Positions 18,159 to 26,363 of a stretch of DNA of 64,000 bases are shown here, piece by piece. The notes under the pieces are model-generated. The model did not search any database, was not told where the DNA came from, and saw only the letters and a list, made by a program, of their open reading frames with translations. Position numbers and translations under genes: made by a program. Every line of letters begins with the position of its first letter. Within the stretch, counting starts at the first letter, position 1. Source of the DNA: Halobacteria archaeon (GTDB lineage: Archaea > Methanobacteriota_B > Thermococci > Methanofastidiosales > NM3); the NCBI GenBank assembly GCA_036733165.1, contig DAINBB010000001.1:949-64948 (forward strand). The letters run 5' to 3'.

Positions 18159-19526
18159 ATGAAAAAGGTGGGAATGGGGGTAGACTTCGATCCGGTGCAC
18201 AGAGGGCATATCCATCTGATCAACGAGGCCAAGAAACTGGGAAAGGTCTACGCCTACATAAATGAGGACTTCACCGCGCATCACGCGCATCCCTTCCTCA
18301 GCTATGAGGCGAGGGCGGAGATATGCGAGGCCCTCGGTGTGGAACCTGTTCCCGTGAGCGGATTGCACTACAGGCTTCCGCTATCATACACCGTACCAAT
18401 ACGGATCCATATATTGGCCAATGACGGGATGACGGACATCATGGACGCCGAGGCGTCCCACCTTCCAAAAGAGGAGATATTCAGGCTTGCAAGTATGTTT
18501 GCAGAAAAAGAGATGCTCATGGGCATTCCAAGGGAGTGGCCGGACAGGAATCTGATAAGGTGGATAGCGGCCAATGACCTGTATGGCATGAGGCACAAGA
18601 GGAAGATGGATTACCATATCACTCCCACTTACAAGATAGACAACGAGACCGTCTCGGGAAGGTACATCAGGAAAGCCATACTGGAAAGCGGCAGGATAAC
18701 CGCCCCCGTCAGGCACCTGATACCCTCCCAAACGGAGAAAATCATCGAAAGGGAGATGAGGGAGGGCAACCTGCAGGGGGGCAGGGACCTCGATACGCTC
18801 CTCCATGTTGCAAACAAGTATTCCAAGTCAAAGCTCCTGAAGATCGCCAATATCAATGTCGAGGCGGCGGAGAAGCTCGTGACTGGCAGGCCTTACGATG
18901 ATGAGGAAAAGCTCTACTATCCCCTGAGAAGGGCGGGATACCAGCATGTCCTGTCTAATCTGGCCATCTCGTGCATGGAGAAGAAGGTGACCAGAAAGGA
19001 GGTGGCGCAGCTCATTGCCAACTATACGAAAAAGGGCATCACACCTAAGGACCAGACTATTGAGAATCTTGTGGAGAGGGCCCACTTCGTCGCCAGGGCG
19101 TCAAGACTGACCGATGCGAATCGGGCTGATTCCATATTCCGCGCAGGGATAGGGGACTTCTGGAACGAGAACTTCAAGGACCTATCTCAACTGTCGGGTG
19201 TTGACATAGGAGAGCTGAAAGAGCTGAGGAGGAAGATCGAATACCGGCAGCCGCCCGAGAGCCTGCTTGCCGGGATCAAACTAAGTTTCTCCGACTTCAA
19301 GAAGATAGACCTCGGCACGAACTGCGACATATCCGCAAGGGGTTCTGAGCTGACGGCAGAGCTGAGAATTCCAAATAAGGTCATGGTAGGGGCGCTTAGG
19401 CTGCCTGCCGAAGAGGTCACGTTCCTGAGATTCCTCTTGGACTCCCAATTGGTGCCGATATCCAGCAAGGTCGAGATGCCCGAAGGCAAGATTCGGATAA
19501 GGATAGGCTACGGACTGACTATGTAG
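18159..19526 (+). CDS. HIGH-family nucleotidyltransferase (COG1323/TmcAL-like) with C-terminal extension
   Basis: DFDPVHRGH, GLHYRLPLSYTVPIRI and SGRYIR motifs. Confidence 0.75.
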   Translation: MKKVGMGVDFDPVHRGHIHLINEAKKLGKVYAYINEDFTAHHAHPFLSYEARAEICEALGVEPVPVSGLHYRLPLSYTVPIRIHILANDGMTDIMDAEASHLPKEEIFRLASMFAEKEMLMGIPREWPDRNLIRWIAANDLYGMRHKRKMDYHITPTYKIDNETVSGRYIRKAILESGRITAPVRHLIPSQTEKIIEREMREGNLQGGRDLDTLLHVANKYSKSKLLKIANINVEAAEKLVTGRPYDDEEKLYYPLRRAGYQHVLSNLAISCMEKKVTRKEVAQLIANYTKKGITPKDQTIENLVERAHFVARASRLTDANRADSIFRAGIGDFWNENFKDLSQLSGVDIGELKELRRKIEYRQPPESLLAGIKLSFSDFKKIDLGTNCDISARGSELTAELRIPNKVMVGALRLPAEEVTFLRFLLDSQLVPISSKVEMPEGKIRIRIGYGLTM

Positions 19527-20587
19527 TTCCTATCCGCGGTCCTTAGCACCATTACCTCGTCGCCCTGGGCAATGCCCTCTGGCAGGTCCCCTTTCTCCAT
19601 GTCGAACGAAGAGTATCCATCCATCACCATGATCTGGCAACCTCCCTCGTCAAGGGATACGACCATGGCCTTGGAGAGTTCCGGCCCCTCTATCAGGCGC
19701 AGATTTCCCTGTGAGGACTCCTTCTCTATCTTCTTGAAGTCCAGCGCCAGCGTGGTGTCGAAGTTGCCGAGCGTCACCTTGTCGATGGAATGCTTTATCT
19801 TCCATAATCTGTCATCGTACAGGACGAATCGCCCTTCCTCGAACTGGGAGAGTCTTAGGACCACGGTGGCCCTGTACCTTGCCTTGCCTTCCTGCCTGTC
19901 GTATCCGGTAAGCCTGTATGATTCGGATACGCCGCCTCCGTACTCCTTCTGCAATGCCCTTGCAAGCTTCTTTGTGAACTTCAGCGAGCCCATCTGGAAG
20001 TTCGGCCCCTCCTTCTTTTTTATGACCTTCGTTACGAAGGCCATGCTGTTCTTCTCAAGCTCCTGGGCAGACATCCCATTCACTTTCCCAACGAAGAAAT
20101 CGGACTCCTCGGAGGTCAGGAATCTTTCCTCCCGCCTTATCTGGAAGGTCGCCTCATAGTATCCCCCGTACATCTTGGAACATCTGGGGCAGGTCGTGTA
20201 TCTTGGATGAACCACGAACCTGTGCCTTTCACGCCTGGGCACCTTTGAATAGGCATCGGGAAGGCCATATGACTCGGCCTCAACATCAATATATTCCTCG
20301 TGAGCGTCAAAATCGTAGCGTACCTGTATCTTCAGGTCCTCGGGTTCTGTCAACGCGTCGGTGAATACGACCTTCCTCTTTCCGGCGGCCTGGACTATCA
20401 GTCCCTCGATGATGTCCTCGATGACGCTGAACTCCTTCCATTCGCCAAGAAGGAACGTGTCGCAGTTGCTGCAGATTGTCACGTCGTATTTGGCTTCCAT
20501 GGGGAACAAGCGAGATAGTTCAGAATAGCAATCGGGACAGAGCCCATCGATGAGCTCACATTCCCTTCCACACTTATAGCAGAACAT
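19508..20587 (-). CDS. nmd3: NMD3 family ribosome biogenesis protein
   Basis: CYKCG/CPDC/CSNC/CPRC zinc motifs and GGYYEATFQIR. Confidence 0.92.
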   Translation of the reverse strand: MFCYKCGRECELIDGLCPDCYSELSRLFPMEAKYDVTICSNCDTFLLGEWKEFSVIEDIIEGLIVQAAGKRKVVFTDALTEPEDLKIQVRYDFDAHEEYIDVEAESYGLPDAYSKVPRRERHRFVVHPRYTTCPRCSKMYGGYYEATFQIRREERFLTSEESDFFVGKVNGMSAQELEKNSMAFVTKVIKKKEGPNFQMGSLKFTKKLARALQKEYGGGVSESYRLTGYDRQEGKARYRATVVLRLSQFEEGRFVLYDDRLWKIKHSIDKVTLGNFDTTLALDFKKIEKESSQGNLRLIEGPELSKAMVVSLDEGGCQIMVMDGYSSFDMEKGDLPEGIAQGDEVMVLRTADRNYIVSP

Positions 20588-20591
20588 TCAC

Positions 20592-20888
20592 TCACACTGT
20601 AACCATTTGTGCGTGCCTGGTAGAGCCGATGTTGAGTATGTTGTCCTCGTCTATGAACTCGCATTCAACAGCTCTTCTGATGCTCTCATGTCCAACGATG
20701 TTCAAGATGGAAGCCAACTTCAGGAACTTTTCCAGCTCATCCATCTCGATGAGCTTTCCCTTATAGAAGGATTCGTTCACGAACAGCTTCAGTCTGCCCT
20801 CCTTGAACTCCTTGCCCAGCACATCCTCGTCGCATACTGCCACAAGCACATCGTTACAGGCCTTGTGAACCTTTACATAGACCTTCAT
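20592..20888 (-). CDS. DUF424 family protein
   Basis: MKVYVKVH...AVCDEDVLG...FYKG...NIVG motif; usual position between aIF2-beta and nmd3. Confidence 0.88.
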   Translation of the reverse strand: MKVYVKVHKACNDVLVAVCDEDVLGKEFKEGRLKLFVNESFYKGKLIEMDELEKFLKLASILNIVGHESIRRAVECEFIDEDNILNIGSTRHAQMVTV

Positions 20889-20895
20889 CAGATCA

Positions 20896-21309
20896 CTAGA
20901 TGTTCTTGATAGGATGCTTGGCGCCGCATGCCTCACACCTAAGGAAGTATATCCGTCCTTCCTTTATTATCTTTGTGTCAGGTTTGTCGCATTCGGGGCA
21001 CAGGACATAGTTATCGGCATATTTCTGGACCTTGTCCTGTATGAAGTTCTGGGAGAACTTTCCTTGGAAGACGGCCTGTGAACCCTCTATGTTCCCAGAT
21101 GTTGCCATCTCGCCAAGCAGGAACTTCATGAAATGATTCTCATCTCTCCTGAATATGCCTATCAGCTCCCTGAAGTTCTTGATGATCGTCTTGTTTCCCA
21201 CGGTTATCGTCTTGATCTTGGGCATCTCGAACCTTGAGCCCTCGAACAGATTCTTTGGCAATGAATCCCTTGCCTGATCCAATAATTTCTCATAATCATA
21301 ATCCGACAT
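20896..21309 (-). CDS. eif2b: Translation initiation factor aIF-2 beta
   Basis: YEKLLDQA, YVLCPECDKPDT and CEACGA motifs. Confidence 0.96.
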   Translation of the reverse strand: MSDYDYEKLLDQARDSLPKNLFEGSRFEMPKIKTITVGNKTIIKNFRELIGIFRRDENHFMKFLLGEMATSGNIEGSQAVFQGKFSQNFIQDKVQKYADNYVLCPECDKPDTKIIKEGRIYFLRCEACGAKHPIKNI

Positions 21310-21409
21310 AATCTCACCTTATAATCACTCTCCAAGTCCCATTTATAAACTTTCACCATTACCGGAGGCGGCCAAATAGAGAAAATGTTATATAAAACGT
21401 GCCAGAATA

Positions 21410-21859
21410 ATGGTGAGGGGTTCTCACGATTCCAATGGAGGCCGATCTTTGAAGGAAATTGTGAATATCCGCCCACACCACCTATTGTGTATAATAAACT
21501 TCGATGGGTTAGGATATAGCACAGAGTTCGTGGAGAAACTGAGAGTCGTAAAGGAAAAGATAGATGAAGACTCGATTGTCATAAGGTTGACCGAGGGCCA
21601 GGACGACATCTGCAAGACATGTCCGAACAGGATGAAATGCAGCCAAATGAACTACACCAGGATCCTCGACAAAAAGGTGATGATAGCGACAGACCTGGAG
21701 TATGGCAAAGAATACGGGGCGGCCAAGTTGATAGACATCATCAAGAGCAAGATTACATGGAACCTGCTTAACATGATATGCGAAAACTGCGCTTTTTATT
21801 ATAAATGCAAAAAGATTTTCCTGAACAAGATGCCGATCTCCAACGGGAACTGTTGTTGA
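21410..21859 (+). CDS. DUF1284 family Cys-rich protein
   Basis: RPHHLLC, DDICKTCP, CENC motifs. Confidence 0.85.
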   Translation: MVRGSHDSNGGRSLKEIVNIRPHHLLCIINFDGLGYSTEFVEKLRVVKEKIDEDSIVIRLTEGQDDICKTCPNRMKCSQMNYTRILDKKVMIATDLEYGKEYGAAKLIDIIKSKITWNLLNMICENCAFYYKCKKIFLNKMPISNGNCC

Positions 21860-21932
21860 TTGCATATTTTTAACGCCACCAGATAGAAAGATATATAATA
21901 TCAACTGTGTTTCTATACTAGTATTTTCAGTG

Positions 21933-22010
21933 GGGGCCGTGGGGTAGCTTGGCCCATCCTTTGGGGTTCGGGGCCTCAAGTCTCGAGTTCAAATCTCGAC
22001 GGCCCCACCA
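21933..22010 (+). tRNA. tRNA-Pro(CGG), CCA encoded
   Basis: GGGGCCG/CGGCCCC acceptor, anticodon stem TGGGG/CCTCA with loop TT-CGG-GG, T-arm TCGAG-TTCAAAT-CTCGA. Confidence 0.95.
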
Positions 22011-22335
22011 AATCACTGAACAGAACCAAGTCTTTGCTCCTGTTTGGGCAAACAAAAGCGAGTAATCGTCTACCTGATTTTATGTTACCGATTTTAAAAC
22101 GAATTATGCAAGGTCATATTGAGCTTTTCAGCTCGTCCTTAAATTTAAAGCATGTCTCAACTGAGAAAAGTCAGGCCTTTCGTGGCGGGCTTCCTAAATA
22201 ATGTTGATGTTGAAACATTTGCATAAGAGACGGACCGGTATAAATAGGGCGGAATGGATGTTTTTATTTATCCCACACGGATACAATGATATAACGAAGA
22301 AGGTAAGGTATGTGTGATAGGGGGTAAGCCGTATT

Positions 22336-23127
22336 ATGGATTACATAAAGCAGAATAAGCAAGCGTGGGAAGAGGCCTTCGACCATAGGCGCCCCGACTG
22401 GGGGGAGGAAAACTACAAACGCCTTCGCAATGAACAACTACCGTTCTTCTGCGCTGATATGGTTGCAGAACTAAAGGCAATCGACTTTGAGGATAAGACG
22501 GTCGCCCAATTTTGCTGCAATAATGGCCGTGAACTGCTGTCACTTATGCAGTTGGGGGCACAGCGGGGCATAGGATTCGATATCGCAGAGAACATCCTTC
22601 AGCAAGCAAGGGAAACTGCCATAAAAGCGGGAATCACCAACTACGAATTTGTCAATGCCAACATTTTAGACATAGACGGCCGATACCACAACTCTTTTGA
22701 TTTCGTCTTGTTCACGATTGGCGCGATAACATGGTTTCAGGACTTGAAACCGCTATTTAAAAAAGCATCAGATTGCCTGAAACCCAATGGCATTATGTTG
22801 ATCCACGACTTTCATCCATTCATGAACATGCTTCCCATGCCAGGCGAACCCGACTTTAAATCAAATCAATTGGACAAGATCACATATCCATACTTCAGGA
22901 ACGAGCCGTGGATAGAGAATAAAGGCATAGGATATATGTCGGAGAAATATGAGTCAAAAACGTTTACCAGTTTTTCCCATACATTATCTGACATCATTAA
23001 TGCAATTCTTTTCTCGAAAATGAGCATGATGAAACTGAACGAATATGACTATGATGTTGGCTTAACTAATATTTATGATAACAAAGGCTATCCTTTATCA
23101 TTTATACTCCTTGCGAAGAAATCATGA
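22336..23127 (+). CDS. Class I SAM-dependent methyltransferase, probably horizontally acquired
   Basis: Motif I variant QFCCNNGRE, GFDIAE, LKPNG...DFHP; CGN Arg and AAA Lys codons, unlike neighbouring genes. Confidence 0.85.
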   Translation: MDYIKQNKQAWEEAFDHRRPDWGEENYKRLRNEQLPFFCADMVAELKAIDFEDKTVAQFCCNNGRELLSLMQLGAQRGIGFDIAENILQQARETAIKAGITNYEFVNANILDIDGRYHNSFDFVLFTIGAITWFQDLKPLFKKASDCLKPNGIMLIHDFHPFMNMLPMPGEPDFKSNQLDKITYPYFRNEPWIENKGIGYMSEKYESKTFTSFSHTLSDIINAILFSKMSMMKLNEYDYDVGLTNIYDNKGYPLSFILLAKKS

Positions 23128-23403
23128 CCTCCACCACACGGACGTTATAAACTCGCAGGGATGGTCTGCGCCTAGAAACTCTCCGATCGGCACTGTGGTA
23201 AAAGCGCCGTATTGACATGGCGGAGTGTCGATACCATAAAATACGCTCAGATGTCCAGGACCGTGAAAACGCCGACTGTCGCAGATTTCCGTGTCCGGGC
23301 CCGGATGTGTTCCGGTAGTGTGGTTGCAATTTCCTGCATTTGTATAGAATGATTTTTTAAGTCAAGTTGGTTTAACCATTAAAGATTTAAAAGTCAAGGC
23401 AAG

Positions 23404-25131
23404 ATGGTATCTATGGATAGGCCACCCATATCTTCGTTCGTGATAGATGAGTCCAAACTGCCCAAGGATGTCATTATATATGGGAAGGGGGACGAAGGAG
23501 GCAAGGCCAAGGGCATAATATTCGCCATGGATGGATATGACAACGCCTTGCATGAAACTCCGTACTCTGACAGTGTCTTCTTCCCTAGGTCATATATCAT
23601 CAGGACCGATTATTTCGACTCGTTCATGGAGACCAACTCCCTGCAGGGCGTCATCAACAGAAAGTGTCACAGACTGCTAAGCGTAAAGGAGATGAACCAG
23701 AAGTTCATGGAGGCCGAGATCCCCGACGACCTTAGAGAGGTCATCTACGACATCCTCGAAAGGGAGACGGAACCGCTCATAGTGAGATCGTCCTCCGTGC
23801 TTGAGGACAATCTCAAATACTCTTTTGCAGGAATCTACGAATCTCTCTTCACATCCAACAACGGAGTTCTAGAATACAGGGTCAAATCCATCGAGAACAC
23901 CATAAAAAGGGTCTATGCATCAACTTTCAACAACAATGCCAAGGAATACAGGAACAAACACAAGATACCATGGAAAAACGAGAAGATGGCACTGTTGATA
24001 CAGAACGTCATAGGGCAGAGATATCAGACGGGATACCACTATCCAACCATAGCGGGCGTGGCATTCTCCAGGAACTATTACCCTTGGAACAACAGGATAG
24101 AGATGAACGACGGTATGGGAAGGCTTGTCATAGGCCTGGGGACGAGGGCCGTCGGCAGGAGCTATGCGAGGATGTTCTCCCTCTCAAACCCGCAATTGAG
24201 ACCCGAAGGTTCTGTTGTAAGCGAGATAATAAGATACTCCCAAGACAAGGTCGATGTGCTGGACATAGCATCTGACGAGCACATATCCGTGGACATAGAT
24301 GACCTGAAGGGGGATATGAACGACATGTACATCTCGTGCTCCACGCTCAAGGAAAACCAATATCTTGTTCCGACGGGCAAGGCAATCTCCAAGGACGAGA
24401 GGATACTGCCCACGTTCAACAAGATCCTGAACTCGGAAAGATACTTTCCATTTGTACCGATAATGGACAGCATGCTGAAAAATCTGGAGAAGTACTCCGG
24501 GACACCAATCGACATCGAGTTCGCAATAAACTTCGATGGAAAGGGGTCTGGAAGATTCTACCTGCTACAGCTCAGAGCGCTGGTGGGCAGGCCGGAACAT
24601 AGGAAGATAAGCATCCCCAAGGTTCCCAAGGAGAATGTCATCATCAAGAGCAAGAACGTGCTGGGAAACGGGTTCAGGTACAACATACCGCATATTGTCT
24701 ACGTCCCGCCGCATGTGTTCAACTACGACTCCTCTTTCAAGATAGCGAGGGAGATCGGCAGGATAAACGAGATACTGGGCAAGCAAAGGTATATACTGAT
24801 AGGCCCAGGAAGATGGGGGACGTCTTCACCGGAACTTGGAGTGCCCGTGGAGTACAGCGAGATATCCAACGCCGTTGTCATAGTCGAGCTCTCAACGAAC
24901 AATACGGATCCCGAACTCTCATTCGGAACGCATTTCTTTGGGGACATGACAACATCAAAGACCCTCTACATCCCGGTGTTCATGGAAAGGGGAGGGGAGA
25001 TAAACTACGAGTTTTTCGAGAAGCAACCCAACAGGTTCACATCGGATCTCGTGAAGCTCATCACGATGAAACCAGGTTTCAAGGTGTATGTGAGCGGCGA
25101 GAAAAAGACCGGAATGATATGTTTGCAATGA
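23404..25131 (+). CDS. Stand-alone PEP/pyruvate-binding (PPDK_N-like ATP-grasp) protein
   Basis: GGKAKG, VRSSSVLED, FAGIYES, MALLIQ, GLGTRAV, DIEFA, LQLR and GPGRWG motifs. Confidence 0.85.
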   Translation: MVSMDRPPISSFVIDESKLPKDVIIYGKGDEGGKAKGIIFAMDGYDNALHETPYSDSVFFPRSYIIRTDYFDSFMETNSLQGVINRKCHRLLSVKEMNQKFMEAEIPDDLREVIYDILERETEPLIVRSSSVLEDNLKYSFAGIYESLFTSNNGVLEYRVKSIENTIKRVYASTFNNNAKEYRNKHKIPWKNEKMALLIQNVIGQRYQTGYHYPTIAGVAFSRNYYPWNNRIEMNDGMGRLVIGLGTRAVGRSYARMFSLSNPQLRPEGSVVSEIIRYSQDKVDVLDIASDEHISVDIDDLKGDMNDMYISCSTLKENQYLVPTGKAISKDERILPTFNKILNSERYFPFVPIMDSMLKNLEKYSGTPIDIEFAINFDGKGSGRFYLLQLRALVGRPEHRKISIPKVPKENVIIKSKNVLGNGFRYNIPHIVYVPPHVFNYDSSFKIAREIGRINEILGKQRYILIGPGRWGTSSPELGVPVEYSEISNAVVIVELSTNNTDPELSFGTHFFGDMTTSKTLYIPVFMERGGEINYEFFEKQPNRFTSDLVKLITMKPGFKVYVSGEKKTGMICLQ

Positions 25132-25133
25132 GG

Positions 25134-25208
25134 TGGGCCCGCCGAGATTTGAACTCGAGACCTCCCGGTTATCAGCCGGACGCTCTAACCAAACTAAGCC
25201 ACGGGCCC
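25134..25208 (-). tRNA. tRNA-Ile(GAU)
   Basis: GGGCCCG/CGGGCCC acceptor, anticodon stem TCCGG/CCGGG with loop CT-GAT-AA, T-loop TTCAAAT. Confidence 0.96.
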
Positions 25209-25580
25209 ACAGAATTGACCAATCTGACTCTAGGTCTCCTCGCTAAAAGAGATAGTATATGTTTTTAAATTTTTCTACATTGGAACGTTGTGGGCGTTTC
25301 AAAGCAAAGTTGATCCACAATGCGAAAAACAGGATCATGGTCGATATGGGCATGCATCTGCGAATGGCAATTCCAGACCCAATATGCTCTTATCGATGAT
25401 ATTGGAAAAACTCCCTTTCCAGGAATCTCGATGTCCTATCTGAAGGAAAAAGACCAATCCCATGTGTGTTGTGGGCCAATGCAGATTGTCATTTTATCAA
25501 AAAAATACTATAATATAGGAAATAATATCACACAAAATCTTATAAATGTACTATTATACGAATTAACTTATTGTGATAAT

Positions 25581-26360
25581 ATGGTAAAACTCATTTTTCT
25601 GGGAAGCGGCGGCGGCCGCTTCATGACGATCACCCAAAAGAGATACACGGGCGGTTTCTTCCTTGAGGATGGGGTCAAGGTACACGTAGACCCGGGACCC
25701 GGTGCTCTTTTGAAATCATGGGAAAACGGATTGGACCCCAGGGAACTGGATGCCCTCCTAGTCTCCCATTCCCACATAGACCATTGCAACGATGCAAATA
25801 TAATGATAGAGGCAATGACCAATGGTTGCACCTCGAAGAGGGGGACCATTGTGGCTTCCGACAGCGTGATTAACTCTGACTCGAGGATCATCCTGGAGAG
25901 ATACTTCGACGCCCTTGAACGCATAGAGCTACTGAAACCGGGAGAGAAGACATTGATAGAGGACCTGGAGGTCACAGGCACTCCCACGATGCATTCCGAT
26001 CCAAGCACCATTGGATTCAGGTTCGAAACCTCGGCGGGTGTGGTATCGTACATATCCGACACACAGTTCTTTCCAGACCTCCAAAAATGGCACGAGGGTG
26101 CAAGGGTTCTGATACTCAGCATCACCAGGCCTGCCAAGAACAGGATCCCATATCACCTTAACACCAATAACGCCATACGATTGGTCAGGGACATCAACCC
26201 CGAAATCATGGTCATGACGCACATAGGGATGAAGCTACATATGCAGGGCGCCGAGGCAGACCTCAAGGAGATAGAGGATGCAACAGGTGTGAAGACGATG
26301 ATAGCTTCCTGTGGCAGAAAGCTTTTAATTGATAAGAGTTCAATCACCAAAAGTTTATGA
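25581..26360 (+). CDS. MBL-fold metallo-hydrolase
   Basis: True start likely ATG 25581 (MVKLIFLGSGGGRF); SHSHIDH motif; YISDT. Confidence 0.92.
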   Translation: MVKLIFLGSGGGRFMTITQKRYTGGFFLEDGVKVHVDPGPGALLKSWENGLDPRELDALLVSHSHIDHCNDANIMIEAMTNGCTSKRGTIVASDSVINSDSRIILERYFDALERIELLKPGEKTLIEDLEVTGTPTMHSDPSTIGFRFETSAGVVSYISDTQFFPDLQKWHEGARVLILSITRPAKNRIPYHLNTNNAIRLVRDINPEIMVMTHIGMKLHMQGAEADLKEIEDATGVKTMIASCGRKLLIDKSSITKSL

Positions 26361-26363
26361 TAA

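Noticed and set aside
23128-23140. CCTCCACCA as a possible attR copy of the tRNA-Pro 3' end
   Set aside because: Only 6-7 nt match CCCCACCA, which is too short, and no integrase is present.
25209-25580. N-terminal 87 aa of the 25320..26360 ORF and the intergenic DNA around it
   Set aside because: The MBL fold starts at 25581 after an AT-rich promoter; upstream frames give only short, motif-free peptides and no convincing structure.
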